64,000 nt of DNA from Bacteroidia bacterium (GTDB lineage Bacteria > Bacteroidota > Bacteroidia > SpSt-205). How positions within the stretch are numbered: position 1 is the stretch's first letter; each line of letters begins with the position of its first letter. This document shows positions 56,079 to 64,000 of the stretch, in pieces. The stretch spans positions 5,403 to 69,402 of the forward strand of contig JBCNVK010000004.1 of the NCBI GenBank assembly GCA_039630245.1, given 5' to 3'. Position numbers and translations under genes: made by a program. The notes under the pieces are model-generated. The model had not been told where the DNA came from, ran no database searches, and was given only the letters and a program-made list of their open reading frames with translations.

Positions 56079-56666
56079 ATGGCAAAGGTAGAAATGGAGG
56101 TTGTGGGCCTCCACCGCTCGCCTACGGAGTCTTACAATGCCTTCATTCTGGTGCTTAAGGAGCGCTACGGCGCGCGCCGCCTACCCATCGTCATCGGTCT
56201 GCCCGAGGCCCACGCTATCAATATCCACATGGAAAAAATCCAGCACCCCCGCCCACTTACCCATGACCTTTTTGTGAATGTGATGAACGAACTGAACGTG
56301 CGCCTTTTAGAGGTAGTTATTCACAAGCTGCAGGACTCTACTTTTTTCGCCTACCTTCTCTTGGAAAATAGCGAGGGCCAAATAGTGGAGGTAGATTGCC
56401 GGCCGAGTGATGGTGTAGCTTTGGCGCTGCGGGCCCGGGCTGCCATTTTCTGTGAAGAGGAAGTGCTTCAGAAAGCCGGTCAGCCTGGCCCAGAGGAAGA
56501 AGAAGAGTCGCCGTCCACTCGCCGTGCGCCGCGCAGCGTATCCGCCTTGCGTGAAGAGCTACAAAGGCAGCTGGAAGAGGCCCTGGCCCGAGAAGATTAC
56601 GAAAAAGCCGCAGAAATTCGAGACAAGCTCAAAAAGCTAGGCTTGGGCGGTTCAGAGTCCACCTGA
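56079..56666 (+). CDS. Bifunctional nuclease (DUF151) family protein with a C-terminal UVR motif
   Basis: DUF151 core (AFILVLKE ... RPSDGVALALR) and a UvrB/C-like EDYEKAAEIRDKLKKL. Confidence 0.7.
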   Translation: MAKVEMEVVGLHRSPTESYNAFILVLKERYGARRLPIVIGLPEAHAINIHMEKIQHPRPLTHDLFVNVMNELNVRLLEVVIHKLQDSTFFAYLLLENSEGQIVEVDCRPSDGVALALRARAAIFCEEEVLQKAGQPGPEEEEESPSTRRAPRSVSALREELQRQLEEALAREDYEKAAEIRDKLKKLGLGGSEST

Positions 56667-57940
56667 TGCAGGCGCTCTTAGGTATCCCAATTCTGCTGGC
56701 GCTGGCATGGCTTTTCGCCGAGCGGCGCCAGCCTATCATGTACCGCGTGCTGATTGGGGGCCTCTTCCTTCAAGCCGTAGTGGGCCTACTTATCCTCCGT
56801 GTGCCTGGTACCCATGAAGCTTTCAAATGGCTCAGTCGGGCCTTCGTCAAACTGCTGGACTTCTCCCACGAAGGCTCTCTCTTTCTCTTTGGCAACCTCG
56901 TAAAACCCGAATACGCCCAGACCTTCGGCTACATATTTGTCCTGCAAGTACTCCCAACTGTAGTATTTTTTGCGGCGCTGACTTCGGCCCTCTATCACTT
57001 AGGGGTGCTTCAGCGGGTAGTCCAGGCCGTGGCCTGGGTCATGCGGCGTACCTTAGGCACCTCAGGCCCCGAGAGCCTCTGCGTAGCGTCCAATATTTTC
57101 CTTGGGCAAACCGAAGCGCCACTGCTTATTCGGCCATTTTTAGCGGACCTTTCGCGTTCGGAGCTCTTAGCTGTGATGGTAGGCGGCATGGCCACCTTAG
57201 CGGGTGGGGTTTTGGCGGCCTATGTGGGCTTCTTAGGCGGGCAAGACCCAAGCCTGCGCCAGCAGTACGCCCTCCACCTCCTCACAGCCTCGGTTATGAA
57301 TGCCCCAGCAGCTCTGATTTTCGCCAAGCTTCTTCTACCCGAAACCGATAAGAGCGTACTGAGTAAGCCCCTACAGGTACCACCCTCAGTTCGCGCAGCC
57401 AATCTCTTAGAAGCCCTTGCGCAAGGGGCTGCCGACGGCGTGCGCCTAGCAGCCAATATCGCCGCCATGCTCCTGGCCTTTATCGCTACGATTGCCCTGC
57501 TGAATTACCTCCTTCACAAGCTGGGTGCTTGGCTTCACTTAAACCCCTGGATAGTCCGCAGCTCGGCCGGCGTGTATTCAGGGCTTTCTTTGGAATGGCT
57601 ATTAGGGCAGGCTTTCCGCCCGATTGCTTGGCTGGTAGGCGTAGACTGGCAAGAAAGCCTAAGCGTAGGCGCCCTCATAGGCCAAAAAGTAGTCATAAAC
57701 GAGTTTATCGCCTACACTCGTTTGGCCTCTATGCCTGCGCTAAGCGAAAAGGCACGCATTTTGGCTACGTATGCGCTAAGCGGTTTTGCTAATTTCAGCT
57801 CTATAGCCATTCAGCTGGGCGGGATTGGCACCCTTGTGCCGCACCGGCGCGGCGAGCTGGCCGAATTAGGCCTGCGGGCCGTGCTGGGAGGCACGCTGGC
57901 CTCACTTCTTTCTGCGGCCTGGGCTAGCCTTTTTATATGA
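56666..57940 (+). CDS. NupC/CNT-family concentrative nucleoside transporter
   Basis: CNT N-terminal and C-terminal domains (LFLFGNLV ... GFANFSSIAIQLGGIG). Confidence 0.8.
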   Translation: MQALLGIPILLALAWLFAERRQPIMYRVLIGGLFLQAVVGLLILRVPGTHEAFKWLSRAFVKLLDFSHEGSLFLFGNLVKPEYAQTFGYIFVLQVLPTVVFFAALTSALYHLGVLQRVVQAVAWVMRRTLGTSGPESLCVASNIFLGQTEAPLLIRPFLADLSRSELLAVMVGGMATLAGGVLAAYVGFLGGQDPSLRQQYALHLLTASVMNAPAALIFAKLLLPETDKSVLSKPLQVPPSVRAANLLEALAQGAADGVRLAANIAAMLLAFIATIALLNYLLHKLGAWLHLNPWIVRSSAGVYSGLSLEWLLGQAFRPIAWLVGVDWQESLSVGALIGQKVVINEFIAYTRLASMPALSEKARILATYALSGFANFSSIAIQLGGIGTLVPHRRGELAELGLRAVLGGTLASLLSAAWASLFI

Positions 57941-57967
57941 GGCTCATGTACACTACCTTTGCGCCGT

Positions 57968-58132
57968 ATGGCCCGTAAGCCTGACAAGCGCGTCTATGTG
58001 CGACTTAACCGAGCGCGCAAACGAATCCAACGCTGCCGCGTCTGGTCGCCCATCCGAAGCCCGAGAGCAAATGCCCTCCAAGAAGCCAACCTTAAGCTCC
58101 TGAACACCCTGAAGCAATCGCTCCAGCAATGA
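57968..58132 (+). CDS. Small highly basic protein, 54 aa (MARKPDKRVYVRLNRARKRIQRC...). Not in the ORF track. ATGA-coupled to the downstream oxidoreductase.
   Basis: An exact TACCTTTG motif at 57954-57961 lies 6 nt upstream of the ATG. The reading frame ends in a TGA overlapping the next gene's ATG. Confidence 0.4.
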   Translation: MARKPDKRVYVRLNRARKRIQRCRVWSPIRSPRANALQEANLKLLNTLKQSLQQ

Positions 58133-59061
58133 GTCGACGGGTCCGCGTGGGACTCGTCGGCCTGGGCCACATGGGCCGCCTCCACCTAAAACACCTATTG
58201 GAGCTACCCCTCGCTGAAGTAGTGGCGCTTTTAGACACCGACCCGGCGGTGCAGCAGGACCTTCAGGCCCAGGGCTTGCCGGTAGTACCCTCCTACGAGG
58301 CCCTCTTAGAGGCTAGCGAGGCGGTAATTATTGCTTCCCCTACTCCTACGCACGCGGCCTACGCCGAAGCAGCTCTGCGGGCCCGACGCCATGTACTGAT
58401 TGAGAAGCCCGTTACTACAAGCTTAGAGGCCCTTGAGCGCCTCCTTACCCTTCAAGACGAAGCCGGCGTGGTAGCCTTAGTAGGACACATAGAGCGTTTC
58501 AATCCGGCCTTTCAAGCCCTGTGGCCCCTCCGCCAGCAGTTTCATCACTTTACCTTTGAGCGCCTAGCGCCCTGGAGCCCCCGCGGCAGTGAGGTCTCCG
58601 TGGTACTGGACCTGTTAGTGCATGATTTAGACCTTTTTTGGGCCCTTACAGAGGGCTGCGTAGCGGATCTGAGGACGGTGGCCTACCGCACTTTCACCGA
58701 AAAGGCCGATACGGTACAAGTCTGGATAGACCTCGTAGATGGACGCGGCGCAAGCTTTAGTATAAGTCGGAATGCGCCTTATCGTCAGCGGCGCCTCTTA
58801 GCCCATGGCCCAACCCTCTGGGCCGAGGCGAACCTCCTCACACGCACCGTACAACTTTGGGATATTACCTCAAATCCACCCCAGCCTTTACCCCTCACCG
58901 TCCCCTCTTCCGATGCCTTACAGGCAGAGCTGGAACACTTTTTGCTGGCGATTACGGAGGGTTTCTCTTCCCCCCTGTCCTTGGAACATGTATATGGTGT
59001 CATGCTGTGGGCGTGGAAAGTGGAGGCTTTGGCTGAGCAGCGCTTGGTATTTGCTCCTTAG
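58129..59061 (+). CDS. Gfo/Idh/MocA-family NAD(P)-dependent oxidoreductase
   Basis: Rossmann N-terminus VRVGLVGLGHMGRLH and a C-terminal Gfo/Idh/MocA domain. Confidence 0.75.
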   Translation: MSRRVRVGLVGLGHMGRLHLKHLLELPLAEVVALLDTDPAVQQDLQAQGLPVVPSYEALLEASEAVIIASPTPTHAAYAEAALRARRHVLIEKPVTTSLEALERLLTLQDEAGVVALVGHIERFNPAFQALWPLRQQFHHFTFERLAPWSPRGSEVSVVLDLLVHDLDLFWALTEGCVADLRTVAYRTFTEKADTVQVWIDLVDGRGASFSISRNAPYRQRRLLAHGPTLWAEANLLTRTVQLWDITSNPPQPLPLTVPSSDALQAELEHFLLAITEGFSSPLSLEHVYGVMLWAWKVEALAEQRLVFAP

Positions 59062-59875
59062 CTGCTCCTCGCCTAAAGCTCTACCCCCCGCCTACCTCCA
59101 GCTAGACTCGGCGCGCGTAGTTTTAGAGCGTGACACACTCCAAATAGAAGCCCCGATAGATGCGTGGGTTTATCCGCAAGGGCGCTTCCTGAGCGTAGTG
59201 GAACCGGGCGAATACCTTCCGATTGTGCCTGCTACGCAACAGCCTATTCTCTTGGCCGGGGGCGTGCGCGTGAATGGCCTCGGTGCGGTGCGCCGGCCTT
59301 ACCCCTTCTGGCAATTTGACACCTTACCCTATCCCTTAGCCCCTGAACAAACCTACACCTACCGACCTACCTACACCTATTTCCCCGATACCCTTTTAGA
59401 ATACCTTCTTCGGGAAGATTTTGAGAGTCCTCAGATGGCACTCCGGGTGCTACCGGGAGAGCCGCCGGGGCGTGCTACGCTGCGCCGATTACCAAACCAC
59501 CCCCGGCGCGGCTTCTGGGCCGCTGAAATTAGCCTACCTCCAGCCACTACTTTCCAGGCTGAAGCCGCTACACCCTTTGAGTTTCCTAAAAACGAACTCT
59601 GGGCCGAAATCTCCCTTCGCGGCGACCGAAACCTGGGAGTGGGCCTCACCGTAGAAAACCGCCAAACTGGAGCCGTAATAGAGCGGCAGGTACAGCTTAT
59701 CCTCCGTCCGCCGGATGTGGGATGGGGCACATTTTACATTGACCTTTTGCCTTGGCTTCGTCAGAAAGGCACGTTGTACCGCTACCGTCTCTACCTTACA
59801 AGCCAAAGCGATAGCACGCGCCCCGCTACCCTTTACTTAGACGACCTGCGCCTAATAACCTTCCGGTCCAGATGA
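58994..59875 (+). CDS. Putative lipoprotein of unknown function. Start uncertain: the ORF-track start at 58805 lies inside the upstream gene.
   Basis: An internal Met is followed by a signal/lipobox-like LWLSSAWYLLLSCSS. ATGA-coupled to the downstream sugar transferase. Confidence 0.35.
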   Translation: MVSCCGRGKWRLWLSSAWYLLLSCSSPKALPPAYLQLDSARVVLERDTLQIEAPIDAWVYPQGRFLSVVEPGEYLPIVPATQQPILLAGGVRVNGLGAVRRPYPFWQFDTLPYPLAPEQTYTYRPTYTYFPDTLLEYLLREDFESPQMALRVLPGEPPGRATLRRLPNHPRRGFWAAEISLPPATTFQAEAATPFEFPKNELWAEISLRGDRNLGVGLTVENRQTGAVIERQVQLILRPPDVGWGTFYIDLLPWLRQKGTLYRYRLYLTSQSDSTRPATLYLDDLRLITFRSR

Positions 59876-61275
59876 GGCGGCAGCTGTTAGGCCTCTTCTT
59901 TGCGGTGACGGATTTCCTTCTAGCGTATGCAGGGTGGGTAGCTTTTTATTGGATACGACGCTTTTACCTCTACAACGACCCAGCCACTACCGGCACGCTA
60001 TGGGAGTACCTTTGGGCCCCCCTTTTAGTAGCCTCTTACTGGGTGGTGTTGTATGGGCTGCAGGGAAGCTATAGCGATCCCATCCGCCAATCTATCCTCC
60101 GCGAGCTTTTCGCTCGGGCTTGGATTACAGCCTTGGGAAGTTTGGCCTTATTTTTTCTGGCCTTTTTAGATGACCCTATCCCAAACTACAAGGCCTACCG
60201 ACTGGCTTTGGGTGGTTATTTAGGGCTGCAATGGGGCTGTAGCTGGCTGGCCCTTCTGCTTCTCCGCTTAGGGCTGATTCATGTGCTGCGGCGGCGTCTT
60301 TTCTACTTTCCTACGGTAATTGTAGGAAATGGGCCGCGCGCCCTTCAGCTTATAAAGGAGCTTACCACACATGGAAAAGAGCTGGGCTACGACCTGATAG
60401 GCTATATAACCCCTTCAGCGAATAGCCCAAATCTACTCCAAGGAAAGGCCAAAAAACTAGGCACCATTGAGGATATGGAGCGTATCTTACAGCAGCGCCA
60501 GCCGCACTATCTCATCCTCGCTACCGAACCGCAGGACGAGCACATTTTACCCCACGTCTTAGCTCAAGTAAATGGCTATCCAGTGGAGGTATATCTCGTA
60601 CCGGCTCTGCGGGACGTATTAGCTGGTGGGGTACGGTTAGGAAGTCCTATAGAGATTCCGCTGGTAGCGGTCTCGCCTGGCCCGCCCTCACCGTGGTATG
60701 AGGTCATAAAGCGGGGGATGGACATAGTTTTTTCCATTCTAGCGCTTATTTTCTTAGCGCCGGTTATGGCTATTATTGCGGTGCTGGTGCGGCTTTCCTC
60801 GCCAGGGCCTATTATTTTTCGGCAGGAGCGGATTGGCAAGCATGGGCGGCCATTCATTATGTATAAGTTCCGTACCATGTACCAGGATGCGGAAAAGGAT
60901 GGGCCGGCGCTTAGTCGGGCGGGCGATCCGCGAATTACCCCGATCGGACGCTGGCTGCGTAAAATGCGCCTGGATGAGCTACCGCAATTCTGGAACGTCC
61001 TGAAGGGGGAGATGAGCCTCGTCGGTCCTCGGCCTGAGCGCCAGTACTATATCCAACAAATCGTAGCCCGCGCGCCCGAGTACAAGCAGCTCCTCAAAAT
61101 CCGCCCGGGCATCACCAGCCTCGGGATGGTCCAATACGGCTACGCCTCCTCGGTGGAGGAGATGATAGAGCGCATGCGGTACGACCTTATCTACCTCGCC
61201 AACCGCTCACTGCTTCTGGACATAAAGATTCTCTTCTACACGATCCTGCGCGTACTGCAGGCGCGCGGAAAGTAG
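59872..61275 (+). CDS. Polyprenyl-phosphate sugar phosphotransferase (WbaP/bacterial sugar transferase family)
   Basis: N-terminal TM helices and a C-terminal bacterial sugar transferase domain ([24 protein letters not shown]). Confidence 0.85.
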   Translation: MRRQLLGLFFAVTDFLLAYAGWVAFYWIRRFYLYNDPATTGTLWEYLWAPLLVASYWVVLYGLQGSYSDPIRQSILRELFARAWITALGSLALFFLAFLDDPIPNYKAYRLALGGYLGLQWGCSWLALLLLRLGLIHVLRRRLFYFPTVIVGNGPRALQLIKELTTHGKELGYDLIGYITPSANSPNLLQGKAKKLGTIEDMERILQQRQPHYLILATEPQDEHILPHVLAQVNGYPVEVYLVPALRDVLAGGVRLGSPIEIPLVAVSPGPPSPWYEVIKRGMDIVFSILALIFLAPVMAIIAVLVRLSSPGPIIFRQERIGKHGRPFIMYKFRTMYQDAEKDGPALSRAGDPRITPIGRWLRKMRLDELPQFWNVLKGEMSLVGPRPERQYYIQQIVARAPEYKQLLKIRPGITSLGMVQYGYASSVEEMIERMRYDLIYLANRSLLLDIKILFYTILRVLQARGK

Positions 61276-61288
61276 TACCTTTGCACCT

Positions 61289-61540
61289 GTGAAAAAAGGG
61301 ATTCATCCAGAGTATCGCTTAGTCGTTTTCAAGGACGCTTCGGCGGATTTTGCCTTCCTTACGCGCTCCTGCGTCCGCACGAAGGAGACCATTGTATGGG
61401 AGGATGGAAAGGAGTACCCTTTGGTCAAGCTGGAAATCTCCAGCGCTTCGCATCCGTTCTTTACGGGTAAGCAGAAGTTTGTAGATACGGCGCGGCGCGT
61501 GGATAAGTTTATGGCGCGTTACGCGAAAAAGTCTAAGTAG
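61289..61540 (+). CDS. rpmE: 50S ribosomal protein L31, type B (no zinc-ribbon Cys)
   Basis: [16 protein letters not shown] ... [23 protein letters not shown] start 5 nt after a TACCTTTG motif. Confidence 0.9.
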   Translation: MKKGIHPEYRLVVFKDASADFAFLTRSCVRTKETIVWEDGKEYPLVKLEISSASHPFFTGKQKFVDTARRVDKFMARYAKKSK

Positions 61541-61550
61541 CCCCTCTCAA

Positions 61551-63812
61551 GTGCCCACGATTGGGCCCGGGTTGTATCTTAAGAGGGTGCCGATCGTTGG
61601 AAAGCTTACATTTACGGAAGAGGAGAAGCGGCATATTCTAAGAGCCTACAGGCGCCTTTTGCGGGCGTGTGCGGAATTTTTAGACCGTCCAGGCAAAGGG
61701 GAGCTGCGGCGCGCCTTCCGGCTTGCGCTGGAGCGCCATGGCGATATGCGACGGCGCACGGGTGAGCCCTACATCCTGCACCCGCTCGCTGTAGCCCACA
61801 TCCTCGTAAAAGAAATCGGCCTCAAGGATAAAGGGGCGGTCATAGCGGCCTTGTTGCACGATCTGGTAGAGGATACGGATACCTCCCTTGAGCTGATTAC
61901 CCAAGAGTTTGGCCCTACGATAGCGCGCCTTGTAGAGGCTCTGACGAAGATTCAGCGAGTACGCAGCCCCCTTGACTCCGAGCAGGCCGAAACCTTTCGC
62001 AAAATTCTTCTTACCATGGCCGATGACATTCGCGTGGCCCTCATCAAGCTAGCCGACCGCCTACATAATCTGCGCACACTTCAGGGCCTCCACCCCGACA
62101 AGCAGGCGAAAATCTTAGCCGAAACCGAATATATCTACATACCGATAGCGCACCGCTTGGGACTGTATGAAATCCGCAGCGAAATGGAGGATATCATCCT
62201 ACAGCTGCGTGAACCTGAGGCCTATCAGGAAATTGCCCAGAAGCTCCAGGAAACGGCGCGGGAGCGGGAGAAGTACATTCAGCGGTTTATTCAGCCGATA
62301 GAGCAGCGCCTGCGAGCCGAGCTAGCCGTACCTTACAAAATAGAAAGCCGTGTCAAAAGCATCAGCTCTATTTATCAGAAAATGAAGCGGCAGGGGGTGC
62401 GCTTTGAAGAGGTTTATGATATTTTTGCCGTGCGTTTGATTTTAGATTCGCCCCTTGAGACAGAGAAGGCGGACTGCTGGCGGGCCTATTCCATCATTAC
62501 TAGTCTATACCGACCTAATCTAAATAGGCTGCGCGACTGGATATCCCAGCCCAAACCCACGGGGTACGAGGCCCTACATGTTACGGTCATGGGGCCAGAG
62601 GGGAAGTGGGTGGAAGTGCAGATTCGCTCGCGCCGTATGCACGAGGCGGCGGAATACGGGATCGTGGCGCACTGGCGCTACAAACAAGTCCAAAATGGCC
62701 GCTCCACTCCTCGCTCGGACGAAGCCTTAGAAGCCTGGCTCAACCGTATCCGAAGCCTACTGGAAAATCCCGAGCTTTCCAGCATAGACCTTCTGAGCGA
62801 ACTTCATCCCGACATCACCCACGAGGAGGTGTACGTATTTACGCCGAAAGGGGACCTCAAGGTGCTGCCTGCGGGGGCTACGGTGCTGGATTTTGCTTAT
62901 GAAATCCATTCGGAGATTGGCCGTCATGCCATAGCGGCTAAAGTAAATGGCAAGCCAGTTCTTTTGAATTATGTGCTGCAAAATGCCGATCAGGTGGAGG
63001 TTATTACAAGCGAGCGAGCGGAACCTACGGAAGAGCAGCTGACCTTTGTACGCACAGGGCGGGCCCGCCTCAAGATTCGGGAATACCTCAAGCAGCAGCG
63101 CCGCCAAGCAATTGAGAAGGGACGAGAAATTTTTGAGTGGCGTTTACGGCATTTGGGCCTGCGGGCCGACGACCCTATCATTCGGGAGCTTCTGTGGTAC
63201 CTGCGCTTACCCTCTCTAGAAGAGCTGTGGTACCGCTTGGGTACGCATGGGCTAGACCTAGCGCGCGTGCAAGAATTCATCCGGCTCAAAAGGCTGGCGC
63301 AGGGCACAAGTATCGTAGACCAGCTCTCTCAGCAGTTAGGCTTGCTCAGTGGCGCTCCCGAAGTAGGCCTAGAGGAAGAGCCGCATACCTATGCTACCTG
63401 CTGCTACCCTGTGCCTTTTGACTCCGTTATGGGGTACGTAAGTGCGGAGGGCTTGGTGATTCATCGCACGACCTGCAAGGAGATTCACCGGCTACTTTCC
63501 TTAGATAGCAGCAAGGTTCGCCCTTTACGCTGGACCGCCACGCCGCGCAAAACCTTCCTCGCCGCTCTCCTTCTAGAGGGGGAGGACCGCCAAGGAATGC
63601 TCTTAGATATTGTCAAGGTAATCTCGCTGCGCAAACGCAAAAATATCCGCTCTATCCGCATAGAGGGTAAGGCTTCTTACTTTCAAGGCATAATGGAGCT
63701 GTATGTGTATAATGAGCAGGAGCTGATAGGAATTATGCGGGCCCTTTCAGAGGTGCGCGGCCTTCTGCGGGTACAACGCTACCAAGCCGGCCTAAACGGC
63801 CAAAACTTATAA
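61551..63812 (+). CDS. Bifunctional (p)ppGpp synthetase/hydrolase, RelA/SpoT family
   Basis: HD hydrolase domain (HPLAVAHIL ... LHDLVEDT), synthetase domain (RVKSISSIYQKM), and TGS/ACT C-terminal domains. Confidence 0.92.
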   Translation: MPTIGPGLYLKRVPIVGKLTFTEEEKRHILRAYRRLLRACAEFLDRPGKGELRRAFRLALERHGDMRRRTGEPYILHPLAVAHILVKEIGLKDKGAVIAALLHDLVEDTDTSLELITQEFGPTIARLVEALTKIQRVRSPLDSEQAETFRKILLTMADDIRVALIKLADRLHNLRTLQGLHPDKQAKILAETEYIYIPIAHRLGLYEIRSEMEDIILQLREPEAYQEIAQKLQETAREREKYIQRFIQPIEQRLRAELAVPYKIESRVKSISSIYQKMKRQGVRFEEVYDIFAVRLILDSPLETEKADCWRAYSIITSLYRPNLNRLRDWISQPKPTGYEALHVTVMGPEGKWVEVQIRSRRMHEAAEYGIVAHWRYKQVQNGRSTPRSDEALEAWLNRIRSLLENPELSSIDLLSELHPDITHEEVYVFTPKGDLKVLPAGATVLDFAYEIHSEIGRHAIAAKVNGKPVLLNYVLQNADQVEVITSERAEPTEEQLTFVRTGRARLKIREYLKQQRRQAIEKGREIFEWRLRHLGLRADDPIIRELLWYLRLPSLEELWYRLGTHGLDLARVQEFIRLKRLAQGTSIVDQLSQQLGLLSGAPEVGLEEEPHTYATCCYPVPFDSVMGYVSAEGLVIHRTTCKEIHRLLSLDSSKVRPLRWTATPRKTFLAALLLEGEDRQGMLLDIVKVISLRKRKNIRSIRIEGKASYFQGIMELYVYNEQELIGIMRALSEVRGLLRVQRYQAGLNGQNL

Positions 63813-63825
63813 CCCATGCAGGCCG

Positions 63826-64000
63826 TTTTGCTAGATAGTCTTATTCGGACGCTGGCCTATTTTGTTCTGCACGGCAGCTTCTCAGCTAAAGAAGAAGCGG
63901 TTTTGCGCCAGCTTCTCTTAGAGCTTGGGGTAGATCCGCAGCAGGAGCTGAGTCGGCTCCAGCGGTATTTAGCCACTCCTTCGCAGCTGCGGCCGGAGTT
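63826..64000 (+). CDS. Partial ORF, hypothetical, running off the window end
   Basis: An ATG 14 nt after the relA/spoT stop, with open frame to the window end (MQAVLLDSLIRTLAYFVLHGSF...). Confidence 0.3.

Noticed and set aside
58805-58993. N-terminal 61 aa of ORF 58805..59875
   Set aside because: It lies entirely within the Gfo/Idh/MocA gene in another frame, with Pro/Ser-rich low-complexity translation. A signal-peptide-like Met further in is the more plausible start.

Overview
This is a 64 kb stretch of a roughly 60% GC, very gene-dense chromosome, almost certainly from a Bacteroidota (Cytophagia/Sphingobacteriia-like) genome. Evidence for that placement is a T9SS type-B C-terminal sorting-domain protein, a GWxTD protein, a type-B L31, a long N-terminal ExbB extension, and the Bacteroidota sigma-A -7 promoter motif TAnnTTTG sitting 3-9 nt upstream of many start codons. 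I support about 60 coding sequences and one tRNA-His(GTG). Most of the window is housekeeping: rplS, valS, carB, lepA, ychF, relA/spoT, rpmE, folC, lptB, mpg, putA-like proline dehydrogenase and ppx/gppA. There are also accessory or unusual pieces: a 1344-aa TPR-CHAT caspase-like protein read off the rplS transcript; an exbB-exbD-exbD-tonB-tonB2-ferritin-Smr cluster; and a translationally coupled AsmA-family/ABM-monooxygenase/radical-SAM operon. Others are a lepA-DUF-ppx/gppA operon carrying two large Trp-rich unknown proteins; two small highly basic proteins with their own leaderless promoters (one missing from the ORF track); and a tRNA-His embedded with zero spacing inside a protein-coding operon. 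There are no CRISPR arrays, integrases or transposases. Gene packing is extreme: ATGA/TGATG coupling is common, convergent genes overlap, and one divergent pair has overlapping start codons. Several start codons in the ORF track are TTG or GTG artefacts, and I corrected them using the promoter motif and the protein N-termini. Functional calls come from motif recognition in the translations, not from database searches.
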